Source: the human T2T-CHM13v2.0 reference genome, Homo sapiens. From it: a DNA stretch of 64,000 bases. Each line of letters starts with the position of its first letter. Position 1 is the stretch's first letter. Positions 46,641-60,171 of this stretch are shown here, one piece after another. Made by a program: the position numbers and the translations under genes. The stretch lies in NCBI RefSeq assembly GCF_009914755.1, contig NC_060930.1; one strand, 5' to 3'. The notes beneath the pieces were generated by a model, which was not told the DNA's origin, made no database searches, and saw only the letters and a list, made by a program, of their open reading frames with translations.

Positions 46641-49429
46641 AGAAATGCTTATTAAGTTGAATGTTTTCTCTATGCAAACTGGTCAACTAATACATGCCCA
46701 TCATGGTCATCAGCCCCCAAAGCAGCACTTCTCAGAAAGACTAAATGTCATTCTATTCATAAAAAGAAAAGATTCAATTTAACAATGTTCCTAGCATGTA
46801 CTAGGAAATGTTGAATCCTCTCATTTTTTAAAAGCCACCTTTAGAGAATTACATGATTGCTAATGTAACAGAAAAAGCTTATATTTGATTTTCATTTGAA
46901 ACAAAAAGGTCAGGTTACTGCAACATTTTCTCTGTTGTGATGACATGTTTAATACAGGACAGTTTGACCTCTTATTCTATCTTAATACTTTTCTTTTCTC
47001 TAATAACACGGTGTCTATAATGGTGAATTATGATATTTAGAAATGTTTTGAAAACTTCCTCGAGTCAAGTGAGTAATTCTGACCACTGAAGATGTTTTTC
47101 TGCACTAAAATAAAGGATTGCAAGGCAGTTGCCCTTTGCCATCATCCCAGTTGACTTTGAAGAGCATAGTGACATAGCAAACATGCTTTCCTTCATAGGA
47201 CTTGTTAAATGTGTGTCTTGCCCATATCTGAGCGTCTCCATTACTGATATTGCCTCAGCCCCTTGAGACTCTGGAAAAAGAGGATGATTCGGGTTAGTAT
47301 TTCCAGCTTCACAGGCAGTATTTGCTTTAGAGACACATTTATTTCTGAATGTGTCTCCTGAAGAAAAAAATGGCACAATTTTATGACTTAGGAAAAACAC
47401 AGGATATTTAGAAACCAACCTTTTAAAGAGTGTTTGTTCTAATACCACTTCTGCTTGTTGTTATATTCTCTAACTTGGTATAACTGCCCTTAATTCCAAA
47501 CAGCCTTCAAATTTGCAAAGATTGTCTTCTACTGATTAAGAAGTTAACGGGTATTGAGTTCCTGGTACTGCACAGGGATTTACAAATGTGGTCCACAGTA
47601 AAAGGCAGGAAAACCTCTCAGCAGCAAAGGCTAAAACCCCAAGAAAGGGGAATTGCCCATGGCTTCTGTCATTGGCTATTGACACTTTCAGCCACTGCCC
47701 CAATTCCATTTTTCTACCATCTTGACCAAATAGTCTGTTTGGCATAACTAGTATATTCCATGTCTTCTCGGCATTAACACACAGGAAAAACGTGGCAACC
47801 TGAATTTTCTAACTATTATGAAAATTATATCTTATTTGGTGAGCTTTAATGAAACACTTGCACTGGAATTCAGAGTACACCAGATAGGAAGGGCTTTCCT
47901 CCCCCATCTGCACCTTCTTTGTTGGGGCTGGGGAAAGGGTCTGGCTCATTCCTCTCCTTGAGCGTTGCCTATGTCAAACCAGAGCAACAGAAGTAGATAT
48001 TTGACACAGCAGAGAAAAGGGGCCATACAATAATAACACCCTAGCAGTATGCTGAAAGAAGTAGTCTATACTACAAGAGGCAGAAGTGTGTTTACCTAAT
48101 AAACATTTTACTTCAAAGGAACTGAAGAACTTAAAGCCCTCCCACTTTCTCTCACTCTCCCTGGCTCTATGAGAAGAAGGTGAGGAATCTCAATAGAAAA
48201 ACATGATTGGAATCCAGTACCTTGGAATGGGGCTAGAGGAATGAAAGTGTAGTCAGATAAAAGGGATGGAGATGGGAAAAAAAAGAGAGTAGAGAATCCT
48301 TGACAACGAGCCGAGGTGACATCAGTATAGCATGATAAGCAATTTCAGAGGAAAAAAAAAGGGTTGGTCTGCTCCATCCTCTGGTCTAGATGTATGCTTG
48401 ATTAAGTAGCATATTATTTCCTTTTTGACAATATGTCTTTTATCCCTTTAAAACGTTAGGCTATAGAAAATATACACACAAAAAAGGAACAGGATTCCTG
48501 CAGTGGCAGTTCACTAGAAGACAGTTCATAAATGAAACACAAGTATTTTCTACAGATGGCACCTGAGCAATAGTGCACTCATACTCTTCCTCCTTTTTTT
48601 CCTAATATCATTATTCAGTACTCAGTGCCTTGCACAGCCTATTTTAGAAGTTCTCTGCTCTATTTTACCCACTTCCATAATGGCTGTAGATACAAGCTGA
48701 GAGATCAGAAAAGGTGTGTGCTGGGGAGAGTAGCAAAGAGCCTGTCCCTTCTTTCCTATCTACTTCTGCCTTACTGTTAGTCTGCATGCTCAAAGCCTAC
48801 AGATTTTGTAAAGCTTTTCAAGGTGCAGAAGTTATATGTACTATCTTATAAAATGTTTATTTAAGAAAACATTTTAAAAACTCTCTCATTCATATGGGCT
48901 GTAGGCTGCTTGAGCAGAGGGGCAAATTAAAAAGTAGAAAACACAACAGAAAAACAGACTGGTAGAAAACCAGAAACAGCCTTCTGCAGAAGGAACTGAT
49001 GGTTCTGAAGTCTTTCCTGGCTCTTTTTCACTCACTGGGGGCCTGAATTGGTTTCTGATGTCCATCTAAATTAACCCCTTGTTACTGAAAGTCAAGACCC
49101 ATTTGTAGGAGTCAAAAAGTTGTTCTCCTGAAATCCTGGTGCCATGCAGCTATGCAGGAGCAGGCCAGAGTTTCTAGTGAGATGAGAACATTGATTTCCC
49201 TGCTGCTCACACAACTCTTTTTCACACTCCAGAAAAACCTGCCAGAAAACATGTTGGTGCTCAGAATCAAGTGACTGAATTAGAGTTACCATGAAACCTT
49301 ATTTATTTTTATGTCACTTGCTATCATTGATGTAAACAGAGAAAAAGCTAAGAGGAGAGGAAGTTAGATGTCATTCTAGGTTGAATCATAATACATGAAG
49401 AATGATCAAAGATGATCTATGAGGGATCT

Positions 49430-50030
49430 GCACATGCCAGTGCCTTGGAAAGTTTACTCATGCCTCGGGTTCCAAGTACCACAGTAATTCTTTAAGCTCC
49501 TGAGCCCAGGACCCCAGCTCAGCAGCTCCTCTGAGAACCTACACCCTGGAAACTGGTACAGCCGTGGCTACCTGTGGGCCATGTCAGATCTGGTGCCAAG
49601 AGGCATCCCCTTGGCTAGAATTTTCCATTGTGAAAAAAAAACCCAACCAATCTCTACCACAAAGGATCCCAACAGCTCATGCTACCATTGCTTCTGTCAC
49701 AAACACCTGCAATCTTTGCCAGGACTGACTTCAGCTGATAAAGCTGTACAGAGATTACACTGCTGCAGCTGCCCACTCAGAACCAAAGCTGCTGCACTCC
49801 CATCCAACCAATACCCTCACACCCACCTGCAGGTAAAAGTTTTCACCACTGAACCCAGACTGTAAAGTCTGGAAAATGTGACTACTCCATCAAATGCACA
49901 GACATCAAATGCAAGGCCATAAGAACCACGAAAAAGCAAGGAAGCATGACACCACTAAAAGAACACTGTAATATTTTTAGTAATTGATCCCAAAGAAATA
50001 AAGAAAAGGAATCCAAAATAATTATATTCT
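49430..50030 (+). mobile_element. L1M 5' UTR to ORF1-start fragment
   Basis: aaatgcacagacatcaaatgcaagg...aagcaaggaagcatgacaccactaaaagaaca...gatcccaaagaaat resembles an L1M ORF1 start. Confidence 0.65.
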
Positions 50031-50699
50031 CCACAATTTTTGAAATTCTACTCTCTTCTATATCTCTCTTTCTAACTGCAACTGTTCCAACCAGCAGGGC
50101 AGATGAGGACAGAATAGATAAACAGTAACTGTGTGGTGAGTTGCTGTTGCATAATTAAAAACAGTCTTTTCCTAGGTTATGCTGCAAAAACATTTTGTAG
50201 GCTAGAAAAGTATTTATTAACTACCAACTCTGTGTATAGATTGGCGATAGACACTGAGGATACCAAAAAGACCAAAGGAACAGGTTCTGTCTTTGAAGAT
50301 CTTAAAATTTAGCTGGGGGTGATAAACATATAAACAAAACTAGAGGTCAGTTCAAAGCAATTCACAAAACTGTAGCCTGTGCAATGTGTTTCATAGCCTA
50401 TAAGCAAGCTTTGTAATGGCTCCAGTCAATGGAGGATGGAGAAACGTGCTTCATAGTTACCTAGTGTCTTTTGTAGTGCCCAGCTCTAGGTGTCAGCTGT
50501 AGTAACACACTCTTTGAATATGTCCCTGGAATATTTCACTTATATTGCATATCCATAGCATGTCCACATATCACCTGTATGTCTTGCAACTCTTTATAAA
50601 ATCTAACCCTCTTCTGAGTTTCCATAATACATTGGAAGCCCATCAAAAGGAGAGAGACTTTCTCTGCCCTGGTGTTCATACATTAAGTCTTGCACATGG

Positions 50700-50935
50700 A
50701 AGTTAAGATGGAAACTCTGCAGCCAGACTGCCTGGTTCTAATTCTCATTAACTGCGTGAAATCAGGGCAAATTATTAATTTCCCCATGCCTCAGTTTTCT
50801 CACCTATAAAATGAGGATAATAATAGTATCCACCTCTCAGGCTGTTATGAATATTAATTTAGTTAATGTATATAAAAGCACTTTGAGCTGGCCTGGCTAA
50901 TAGCTGAAAATGCCTGTTAGCTTGTTTTATTATTT
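50700..50935 (+). mobile_element. MIR SINE
   Basis: gccagactgcctgg...gggcaaattatt...gcctcagttttctcacctataaaatgaggataataatagt. Confidence 0.8.
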
Positions 50936-52152
50936 TCCCTTTCTTCGACAGCAAGATAATTCTCTAACTTTTGGAACGACTATATATTTTTAAATTGTAT
51001 TCTGTCATTCCTTCTTTTACAATATCTCCATCATTGCAGAGAATTTATTTACCATATATCATGTTCTAGCATGCTGTGGGAAAACAAAAACAGGATCTTC
51101 TGTGGGACACTTCCTCTCCATTCCTATGACCACCGCTATCAAATCTGGGCCACTGTAATCAGATCAGGTTCTCTAATACCTATCTCTAATGAAGCCATCC
51201 TACTCAAGCCTCTGTACTATTTCCTAATGACCACTAGCTTGAGCTTGAACACTGGTTACGTGTCTTTCTCCATGGATTCCACCTCTTTTTGCTTCACTCT
51301 GATGACAATTTTCCTCCAGTCCAACTTCCTTGGTTGTCAGTGGAGACACCATGCTTCTTTTATTCTTGTGCCTTTATTCTCAATTAGATTCTAATTTTTT
51401 TATTGGTAAACAATGATATTATGAAAAGAACACAGGCTTTGCACTGAGACCTGGCTCTGGCACTACACAGCATGGCAGTTAGCTAACTTGTCTGAGCCCC
51501 TGTTACTTCATCTATAAAAGAGAAAACGTCTAGCACAGTGGTGGGCATATAGTAAATTTGAGTTTCCCTCGTTTTTCTGTCATCTCTAGCTTCTATTAGA
51601 ATGCTGAGTGATAAACAGGTGTGTTGGCTAAACACTCAAGGAGTATGTAATTGCAAAACCAAAGAAATTCATCTAAAAGTTGCTTCCTTAGCTCCACTTT
51701 CTCATTGAGGCTATGGGAAACGAAGAAACCTTCCCTCTTTTGTTAGAATCACAGCCTCTGTTTAACACTTCCTCTATACTATTACTAGGACAAGAACTGG
51801 AGTCTGGATTTTTCCAGCAATTCCTCCTGTAATTTTTATTTCTGATGTCTCAGATGGAGCTCCCATACTGCCAGAACTTCAACATCAGCTTTGGAGGATA
51901 TCCAAAAGGCCTTTTTTTTTTTTTCTTTTTTTCTTTTTAGTAACCAGGACTCCATGCTGCTGCACAAATTGCCTGGCAGGAGGGATATGGTGCATGAGAG
52001 TCCAAATCTTCCAGCTGGAGAACAAGGTGCTGCCTGGCTTTCCATGGGCTTGCAGAGTGGACCTCTATGGCCAGATTGGATTTGATGCTGCAGCTCAGTG
52101 GTGAGTTGGCAACTACAGTGTGAGAGGATCGGCTTAGATTATTAATGGTTGA

Positions 52153-52458
<306 letters not shown>

Positions 52459-53546
52459 GCTTGAGTCTCTGATGATTCAAAGACTGGGTTCCTGTGAGCA
52501 GCCCCAAAAGAGTCCAGGGAGTTTAATCTTGTGTTGCTATGGTGTTGAGCCTAGAAAACTTACCTAGAAAATTCGAGGGCTTGTTTGTGCCAGAAATTCT
52601 AGGAGAAATATCTTTCTTAGATGTATTTACATGAGCTGAAAAACCAGATATGAGGCTAAAAGGAACAATTAGAATCATTATTTGAATAAAATTATTAATA
52701 TTATATTAAAGAGATGCACGGTAAGTTTCAACATAGATTAATGTAAAATATTTTTGGCACTCTACCTTATTTAAAAAACGATGGAAAGTATTACTGAACA
52801 ACATGACACATAGATGAATCTTAATGGGTTAGTTATTCTTGTGTTAGTCTTACTTGAAGATACTGAGAATAAATGAGAGAACTCCTGATGTTTTACTCTA
52901 GATTTATTATTCTGCAGGTGATGTTGCCTGGTTTAATATAACCTAAATTTAGGGTCATACCATTCACAGTGGGAGAATATATAAGCGTTTTCTTCCTCTC
53001 TTTTTCTTTCTTTCTTTTCTCTTCATTTCTTTCTTTTTTGAATTTTGTGACAAATTTTCTATTTTGTGACAAAAGGAGATTCATGAATAATTATGGGAAC
53101 GTATTATTGAATGACAAAGTCAAGAGCTATAGAACCTTGGACAACAGGATATCCTTTCCAAGAAGTTTTTAAAAAGCAATTAAACAAAATATCATTTAGG
53201 CATAAATGTGATTAAAACCACATTTTAAAAAGCATGGGGATCGTAGATAAAGACAAGGTTCAGGATAGTGGCTCCTGTGCATTGGAGGCAGGGGAACTGG
53301 AACACATAGGCTAATCTATTTAAGTTACTGGCAATGTTCTAGTGTTTGTGTCAGGCAGTGTGTTCACAAGGGTTTGTTGTGTTTATAAATAAATAAAATG
53401 TTTTTAAAATGTGACTATGCATGAACCAATAGATAATGTGTCTCAAAGTAAGAATTTAGATCAGTCCAATTTGGTACACCTGAGGTTCATTTTAAAAAAC
53501 TTTTTTTTTTTCAAAAATAAAATAATTTTGGAGGAAAGAATTACAC

Positions 53547-53678
53547 TTTTCAAACTTTTTTTTTTAAAGGTTTCAGACATTTAAAAGTTTGAAAAAAAGT
53601 TTAAAAAGTTTAAAAAGTTTAAAAAAAAGTTTAAAAGTTATTTTTAAAGGTTTTCAAACTTTTTTTAAAGGTTTCAGA
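53547..53678. repeat. Complex AT-rich local repeat: direct duplication enclosing inverted tandem units
   Basis: ttttcaaac(t)n aaaggtttcaga at 53547-53577 and 53651-53678, with (a)n gttt units between them. Confidence 0.8.
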
Positions 53679-56600
53679 TTTAGGTACATACATTTTTATC
53701 ACTAGCGCTAAAATCATATAAATTAGGTAAGGGATAATTTCCCCAAAAGCAACCAGACCTAGAACCATACACTGTGGTGGGAGGCAGAGGAGGAGAAGGA
53801 AGGGACTGGAAGAGAGAAGTGGAGACTAAATTAAGAAAGAAATGGAGGGTCATTCCATCTGTAGATGAAGCGTCCATCTGTAGAGATGGAAAAATGTCCA
53901 GAATATAAAGTCATGAATCAAAAAAACCTATTGGCTGACCGTGACCTCATTGGCAGGGCCATTAGATAAGACATGAATATGCAACTATCTATTGAACATC
54001 TATTATGCTAGATATGAGATACAGTTACACACCTCAAAGAGGCTTACAGCCTGAAGGTAAAAGGCCTAGCAGATTCTCAGCTTCAAAGAAACCATTATCT
54101 TCCCTCATCTGAGTAAAGAAATTAGGGAATAAATGGGGAGAAGATCAGGGTACCTGTTTTGTATAAATACACTGGACATAAGTGTGGGAAACTTGATTCA
54201 ATTTCCCATAGTAAACCCACCACATTCCCCCCCTTCCCCGATAGTCACAGGACTTCCTTCCTTATAATTTGGAAGCAGAGAACTTGGTAATAAGGATGAT
54301 AGAAAGCTCTTTGAAATGGGTACTTTCCCCTTCGTATCTACAGGACTCATTTAATTCACATTCTTGGTTGCCTGCTCTATGCAAGGCAAACAGGCATTGA
54401 ATTAACAATGAAGACAGTTTTTCCCCCGTCCCCCCGGATAAGACAGTCACCTAAAGCAGTTTTAAAAATTGAGCCTGTCCAATTTTATTCCACCCAGTCA
54501 TGGCATACCTCTTGTGAATATTTAGGTTTGCTTTTGATTTGTGATGCCTCGCTAGGAGCATCTGTCCTCGCCACTTGTGGGCACCCTCCCCCTTTATTTT
54601 GTAATATATATTACTTAGGATTGGGGCTGAAGGACATCTGTAAGCAGCATGTTTCTGTTCATATACAACAACTTTACTGGAACTGCAATCTGATTTGCAA
54701 TAAAACTTACTTTCTGGTATTTACTGACTTCTTTAGTCTGAACACCAATTCTAGTAATTAGGCTGAAACCATGACATGATTGATTTAGAGAGGCTGGTGT
54801 TAGCTGCTTACATCAGCGCATTCTAGGGACTTTCCATGAAATAATTTTACTGCAAACTGCCATCACCTTATAGTAGGTGAAAAACAATGTCCATAGAAGC
54901 CCTCTGACGTACTTCCAACTTTGATTATTCATGGTAATGAAGGCTAGGCAGACAGCCCTGCAATTCCCAGTGGAACATCAAGTTAAATGCTGATGGCCTA
55001 GGAATCATGGCAGCCCCTTGGTCAGTATGCCCAGGGGCCAGTTTGGCATTCATTAGTGGTACTTTCTGCACTTTTCCTTGGATGGGAGTTTAGCATACCA
55101 CCTACTCAACAACCCATCTATCTCTATTGACCTCAAATGATGCTGGGACTCCAAAGATCACCCCAAGAAGCACCTGGAGTTCCAGCTCTTAGATAAGCAA
55201 CGTAGCTTATCTTCTCTGTGGAGACATACTAGCAGCCCTGGCATTCTATCATGGGGGTAGCCTGCCTTCATCCCCTTCCTACAGCCTTTCTCTGAGTGTA
55301 AGTAAGGCAGAGCCACTGGTAAAGAAGGCTCCACCGGAGTTGAGGGAGCAGCTGGCCAGGTGTAGAACGTGCTGTGTGAGGTGGGGGCTCAAAGGAGAAG
55401 GGACCCAGCAGGCAGAGGAGGCAGGTGTTCCATTCCAAAGGGGCCAGGCTGCTGGCTGTGTCCCTGTGGGGACTCCGGTGTGGAGAAAGTACTTTCTCTT
55501 GCTCTCACTTCTTATTTTGTAGTGCAACAAAACAATATCATAGTCCAGGACATGGCGCTAGCCACTTATTTAAGAATTCTTATTTTGTTTTTTTGTTTTT
55601 TGTAAAGTCACTAAGAAGGGATTATGTCCCAGAGTGGGTTGGATGTTGAAAATAACTCAGTAGCTTCGGCAAAGAGATTGAATCTGGGAGTAAATAACAT
55701 GCTAAGAGATGGTCTTAGATTTCCAAGAAAAATTGGGAAAACCCTTCTTCAAGTAAAACCTGATGGGAAACATTCTATTAATTAGTGTAAATGAACAATG
55801 TAGTTTGGATCACTTGTAATATATCAGCAATGCCATATACATTTAATAACACATATAAAACAGGCATGTTTTATAGTTATTATTTGATCCTAAAATGGTC
55901 CTGTTGGGTACTATTGACCAGGTAAAGCAAAACATGAACATCAAAGAAGTTGTATGACTTGTCCATGAAAAAAAATTTCATGTAGCTAAGGAGAATGGTG
56001 AGGAAAGGCAATGCTATATGATGGAAAGTGCTCAGGTTAAGGATAAGAAGATCTGCTTTCTAATTCAAATGGACTAACTGATTTTCCAACAGTAAACAAG
56101 AAAATCACTTACTTGCTCAAGAAATTCCTCACTCCGAATGTGATGGAGTTTGAGAGGATTAGTTGTTATCATCGTTAACTTCTCTTTTGATTCTCCGTCT
56201 CCCCATCATTGGAGAGTTCTTTAAAATATTAAGTCTCAGACTCCAGATTTCACTGGAGTACTAATTAATTAATTAATATTAATCTGTGTACTGGGACTTC
56301 AACCATTGCCATTTGTTTGTTTGCTTGCTGGTTTGTTTGTTTCTCAGCTGTCTATGTGGTTCTATGCTGCAGCCAGCATTGAGAGCCCTTGAATTAGATT
56401 ATTTCTGAGGTGACATCTAGCTTTTACATTCTAAATTAATTTATTTTCCAAGCCCCCTATTTAGGGCCAGGTGTTTTGAAGTCCATTTGCGTCTCGTTGC
56501 TTTACCTATCACAATGTGAAAACTTGATGAGAAGCTAAATGGAGTTGTTTACTCACAAGAGCAAAGATGGGATAGAAATATGTGCATCATAATCTTGCCC

Positions 56601-56861
56601 CTCCCACGCTGTTTCCTTTGATATCCCAAAGGCCCATGGAAATGTTAGTCTAATGGAAAGAAAGAACTCAGTTGTATAAGAAGAAAACAGTAAATTTTCA
56701 TTGAAACATAATTTCGATTTAAGGAAATGATAAAAGAGAAGAAACAACTATTCTTTTTCAGTTCTAATTATCAAAAAATTGCTGGCAAGAATAACCATCT
56801 TTTAAAAAAAGAAATACTACAACTTAAAATAGTTCATCTTGTCAAAAAAAGAAATGATACT

Positions 56862-57198
56862 AATTCTCATATCCTTGGTATCCACAAGGTACTGGTTCCA
56901 GGACCCTCTGCAGATACCCAAATCTGCAAATGCTCAAGGCCCTTATATAAAATAGCATAGTAAATGCATATAACCTACACGTATCCTCCTGCATACTTTA
57001 AATCATCTCTAGATTACTTATAATACCTAATACAATGGAAATGCTATGTCAATAGTTGTCATACTATATTGTTTAAATCTGTATAATTTTTTATTGTACT
57101 GTTACTATGTATATTGTTGTGGGTTTTTTAAAAATATTTTTCATCAATGGTTGGCTGAACCTACAGATGCAGAACCCATAGATATGGAGCGCTGACTG
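56862..57198. mobile_element. MER2 (Tigger-derived) DNA transposon
   Basis: ggttccaggaccctc...atactttaaatcatctctagattacttataatacctaatacaatg...gcagaacccatagatatggagcgctgactg followed by TA. Confidence 0.88.
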
Positions 57199-57394
57199 TA
57201 CTTGTTTTTTCAATAAGAAACAAATAGTAATTTTAAGCTATATAAATTTGATTTACAATTGATTGAAGATCCTAAAGGCCCAGGAAATATTTCACTTTTG
57301 TACTTTTCCTCGGCACACTAATATTAACTATCTGGCATTATTTGTTAGATATGATCTAGCCAGTGTTTGGAATAATGAAATCTACATTGCATTT

Positions 57395-60171
57395 TGACTT
57401 AATGTCTATTTTAATTCTGATACAGGTGTAGCCATCCCTGTTTTCATTTATTATTTGCATAGAACATCTTTTTACTTTCAGCCTACATGTGTCCTTAAAT
57501 CTAAAACAAGTCTCTTGTAGACATATAGTTGAGTCTTGTTTTTATTTTTTTATTCATTCAGCAACTCTATCTCTTTTGATTTGGGTGGTTAATACATTGA
57601 CATTTAAAGTAATTATTGATAGGAGGGACTTACTATTGTCATTTTGTTAGTTATTTTCTGTTGATCTTGCAGTTCTTTTGTTCTTCTTTTCCTCTCCTGC
57701 TATCTTACTTTGTGCTTTACTGATTTTTTTAAAATAATAATGTGTTTTGATTTCTTTCTCTTTCTTCCCTGTAGCTTCTTTTTTGGAGACAGGGTCTTGC
57801 TCTGTCACCCAGGCTGGAGTGCAGTGATGCAATCATAGCTCACAACAGCCTCAAACTCCTGGGCTAAAGTGATCTTCTTGCCTCAGCCTCCCAAGTATCT
57901 GGGACTATAGGGGTACACAACCATGCCTGGCTAATTTTTTAAAAAAAATTATTTTGTAGAAATGAGCTCTCACTATATTGCCTCAGGCTAATCTCAAACT
58001 CGTGGTCTCAAATCATCCTCTGCCTTGGGCTCACAAAGTGCTGGGATTAGAGGCATGAGCCATCTCTCCCAGCCTTCCTGTTATCTTCTATAGGTATTTT
58101 CTTTGTGGTTACCATGAGGCTAGATAGAACATCTTATAGTTGTACCAGTCTATTTTTAACTGATAACAACTTAACTACTGTCACACAAAAAAATTCTACT
58201 TTTACTTCTCCAACCACTCACACTTTATGTTATTTATGTCACAATTTACATCTTTTATGTTGTGTATACATTGAAAAAATTTGGTAGTTTTTCTTTTATA
58301 GTTATTCTTAATACTTTTGTCTTTTAACATTTATACTACAGGTGATTTATATACCACCTGTACAGTATTATAATATTCTGTATTTATCTATGTATTTACT
58401 TGTACCAGTGGGTTTTATACTTTCATATGCTCTTGTGATACTGCTTAGCATCATTTTGTTGCAATTTAAAGAATTCCCTTTAGTATTTCTTGAGATGCGA
58501 GTTTAGTGGAGATAAACTTCAGCTTTTGTTTGTCTGGGAAAGTCTTTCCCTCTCCTTCATTTCTGAAATACAGTTTGCTGGTTATAGTATTCTTGGTTGA
58601 TGTTTTGTCATTTTTTTCCCAGCATTATTTTCTTTATTATTATCCTCTCTTCTGGCCTGCAAGCCTTCATCTGAGAAGTTCACTGATGGTCTGATAGAGG
58701 ATCTCTTGCATGGGACAAATCACTTTTCTCTTGCTGCTTTGAAAATTCCTTGTCTTTGATGTTTGGCAATTTGATAATAATGTATTTTGGTGTAGATTTA
58801 ATCCTATTTGGGTCTTTTAGACTTAATGAAACTGCAGTTCCATATATCTCCCAAGATTTGGGAAGTTTTCAAGATTATTTCTTTAAATAAACTTTCTACC
58901 CCTTTCTCGCTCTCCTTCTAAAATTTACATAGTACATAAACTAGTTTGCTAGAAGGTGTCTCATAGGTCCTTAGATTTTCTTTACTATTTTTCCTTTTTG
59001 TTTCTCTAACTAGATAATTTCAAATGACCCATATTTTTAAATTACTTCTTCTGTTTAATCAAGTCTACAATTTAATTTGCTGAATTTTTCAGTTTAGATA
59101 TTAGGTATTGTATTCTTCAGCTCTAGAATTTCTATTTGGTTCTTTTTTATGGTTTTATTTCTTTGTTGATAGTCTCATTTTGTTCATGTATAATTTTCCT
59201 GATTTTATTTAGTTGTCTGTGCTGTCCTGTAACACACTGAGCTTCTTTAAGATGATTAATTTGAATTCTTTGTCAGGCAATTCATATATCTCTATTTCTT
59301 TATGGTCAGTTGTTACACATTTATTTTGTTCCTTGATTGTGTCATATTTTGCTAATTTTTGGTGCTTTTTGTAGTTTTTGTTGATGCCTGCACATTTGAA
59401 GAAATAGCCACCTCCTCTAATCTTTAAAGACTGGCTTCAGTAGGAAAAGATCTTCACCAGTAAACCTGGTTAGAGATTCTAGGAGCCTCCCAAACCTTCT
59501 CTATAGATGTGCATTGCATTCTCTACTTCTCTCTCTTCCTCCTGAGGGATAAATTGTAGTGTTGTGCACCTTCTCTCAATTGCAAGGAGCGATGCTGGCC
59601 ATGGTAAGCTGCCAACCCCTTTTCCCTAGGGCAGTGCAATAAAAGACCAGGGCATTGGATGCATGCTTCACTCTTCTCCCTCATCTTCTGGGAGAGAAAT
59701 GTTAGGATTGTATGCCTTCTCCCAGTCTTGCAGAACCATGCTGGCTGCAGTAAGCTGTCTACCCCATGTTTTTTGTTCTTAGCTGTCCCCAGGTGTTAAA
59801 ACTATGCTGTGGTTTCTTTAGCACTCTGAGTGAGGTAGAACAGAAACAGGTCTCTCAGCACCCCAAAAGACTGAGAATGTTGGGTGCATACTCCTTTCTT
59901 TCCCTCCAAGAGAGGAGTCATGGGCTGAAGCAATCTTTCTTGACACTGAACTGTGCCTGAGGAAGGAAGTGATGTGAGTAAAGTGAAATTGCTCTTTTGC
60001 CTAGTTCAATGTGGTATTTTGGTTTTATGTGAATCTGAGTGACTGCAACTTCTTAAGTGAATTTTGAACTTCTCATAAAGATATTTGGGTTCATATATCA
60101 TTGTTAAATTGGTGTTTCTGTGGCAGGATGAGGGCTAACAATTCCTATTCTGCCATCTTGTTGACAGCACT
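57395..60171 (-). mobile_element. Old L1M (5' UTR, ORF1, ORF2 start) interrupted by AluJ
   Basis: Antisense L1 motifs (gtctcttgtagaca; catttaaagtaattattgat; cagcttttgtttgtctgggaaagtc). 5' terminus AGTGCTGTCAACAAGATGGCAGAATAGG. Confidence 0.82.
57779..58074 (-). mobile_element. AluJ SINE
   Basis: gagacagggtcttgctc...atcatagctcac...aactcctgggct. Flanks ttccctgtagcttc / ttcctgttatcttc. Confidence 0.93.

Noticed and set aside
46787-46806. Hairpin ttcctag-catgta-ctaggaa, and similar short stems near 12680 and 33260
   Set aside because: Stems of 6-7 bp are expected many times by chance in 64 kb.
47065-47448. 127-aa minus-strand ORF
   Set aside because: Non-ATG start and no recognisable homology or splice context.
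53854-53884. Direct repeat tccatctgtaga x2
   Set aside because: A simple 12-bp microduplication with only two units, not an array.
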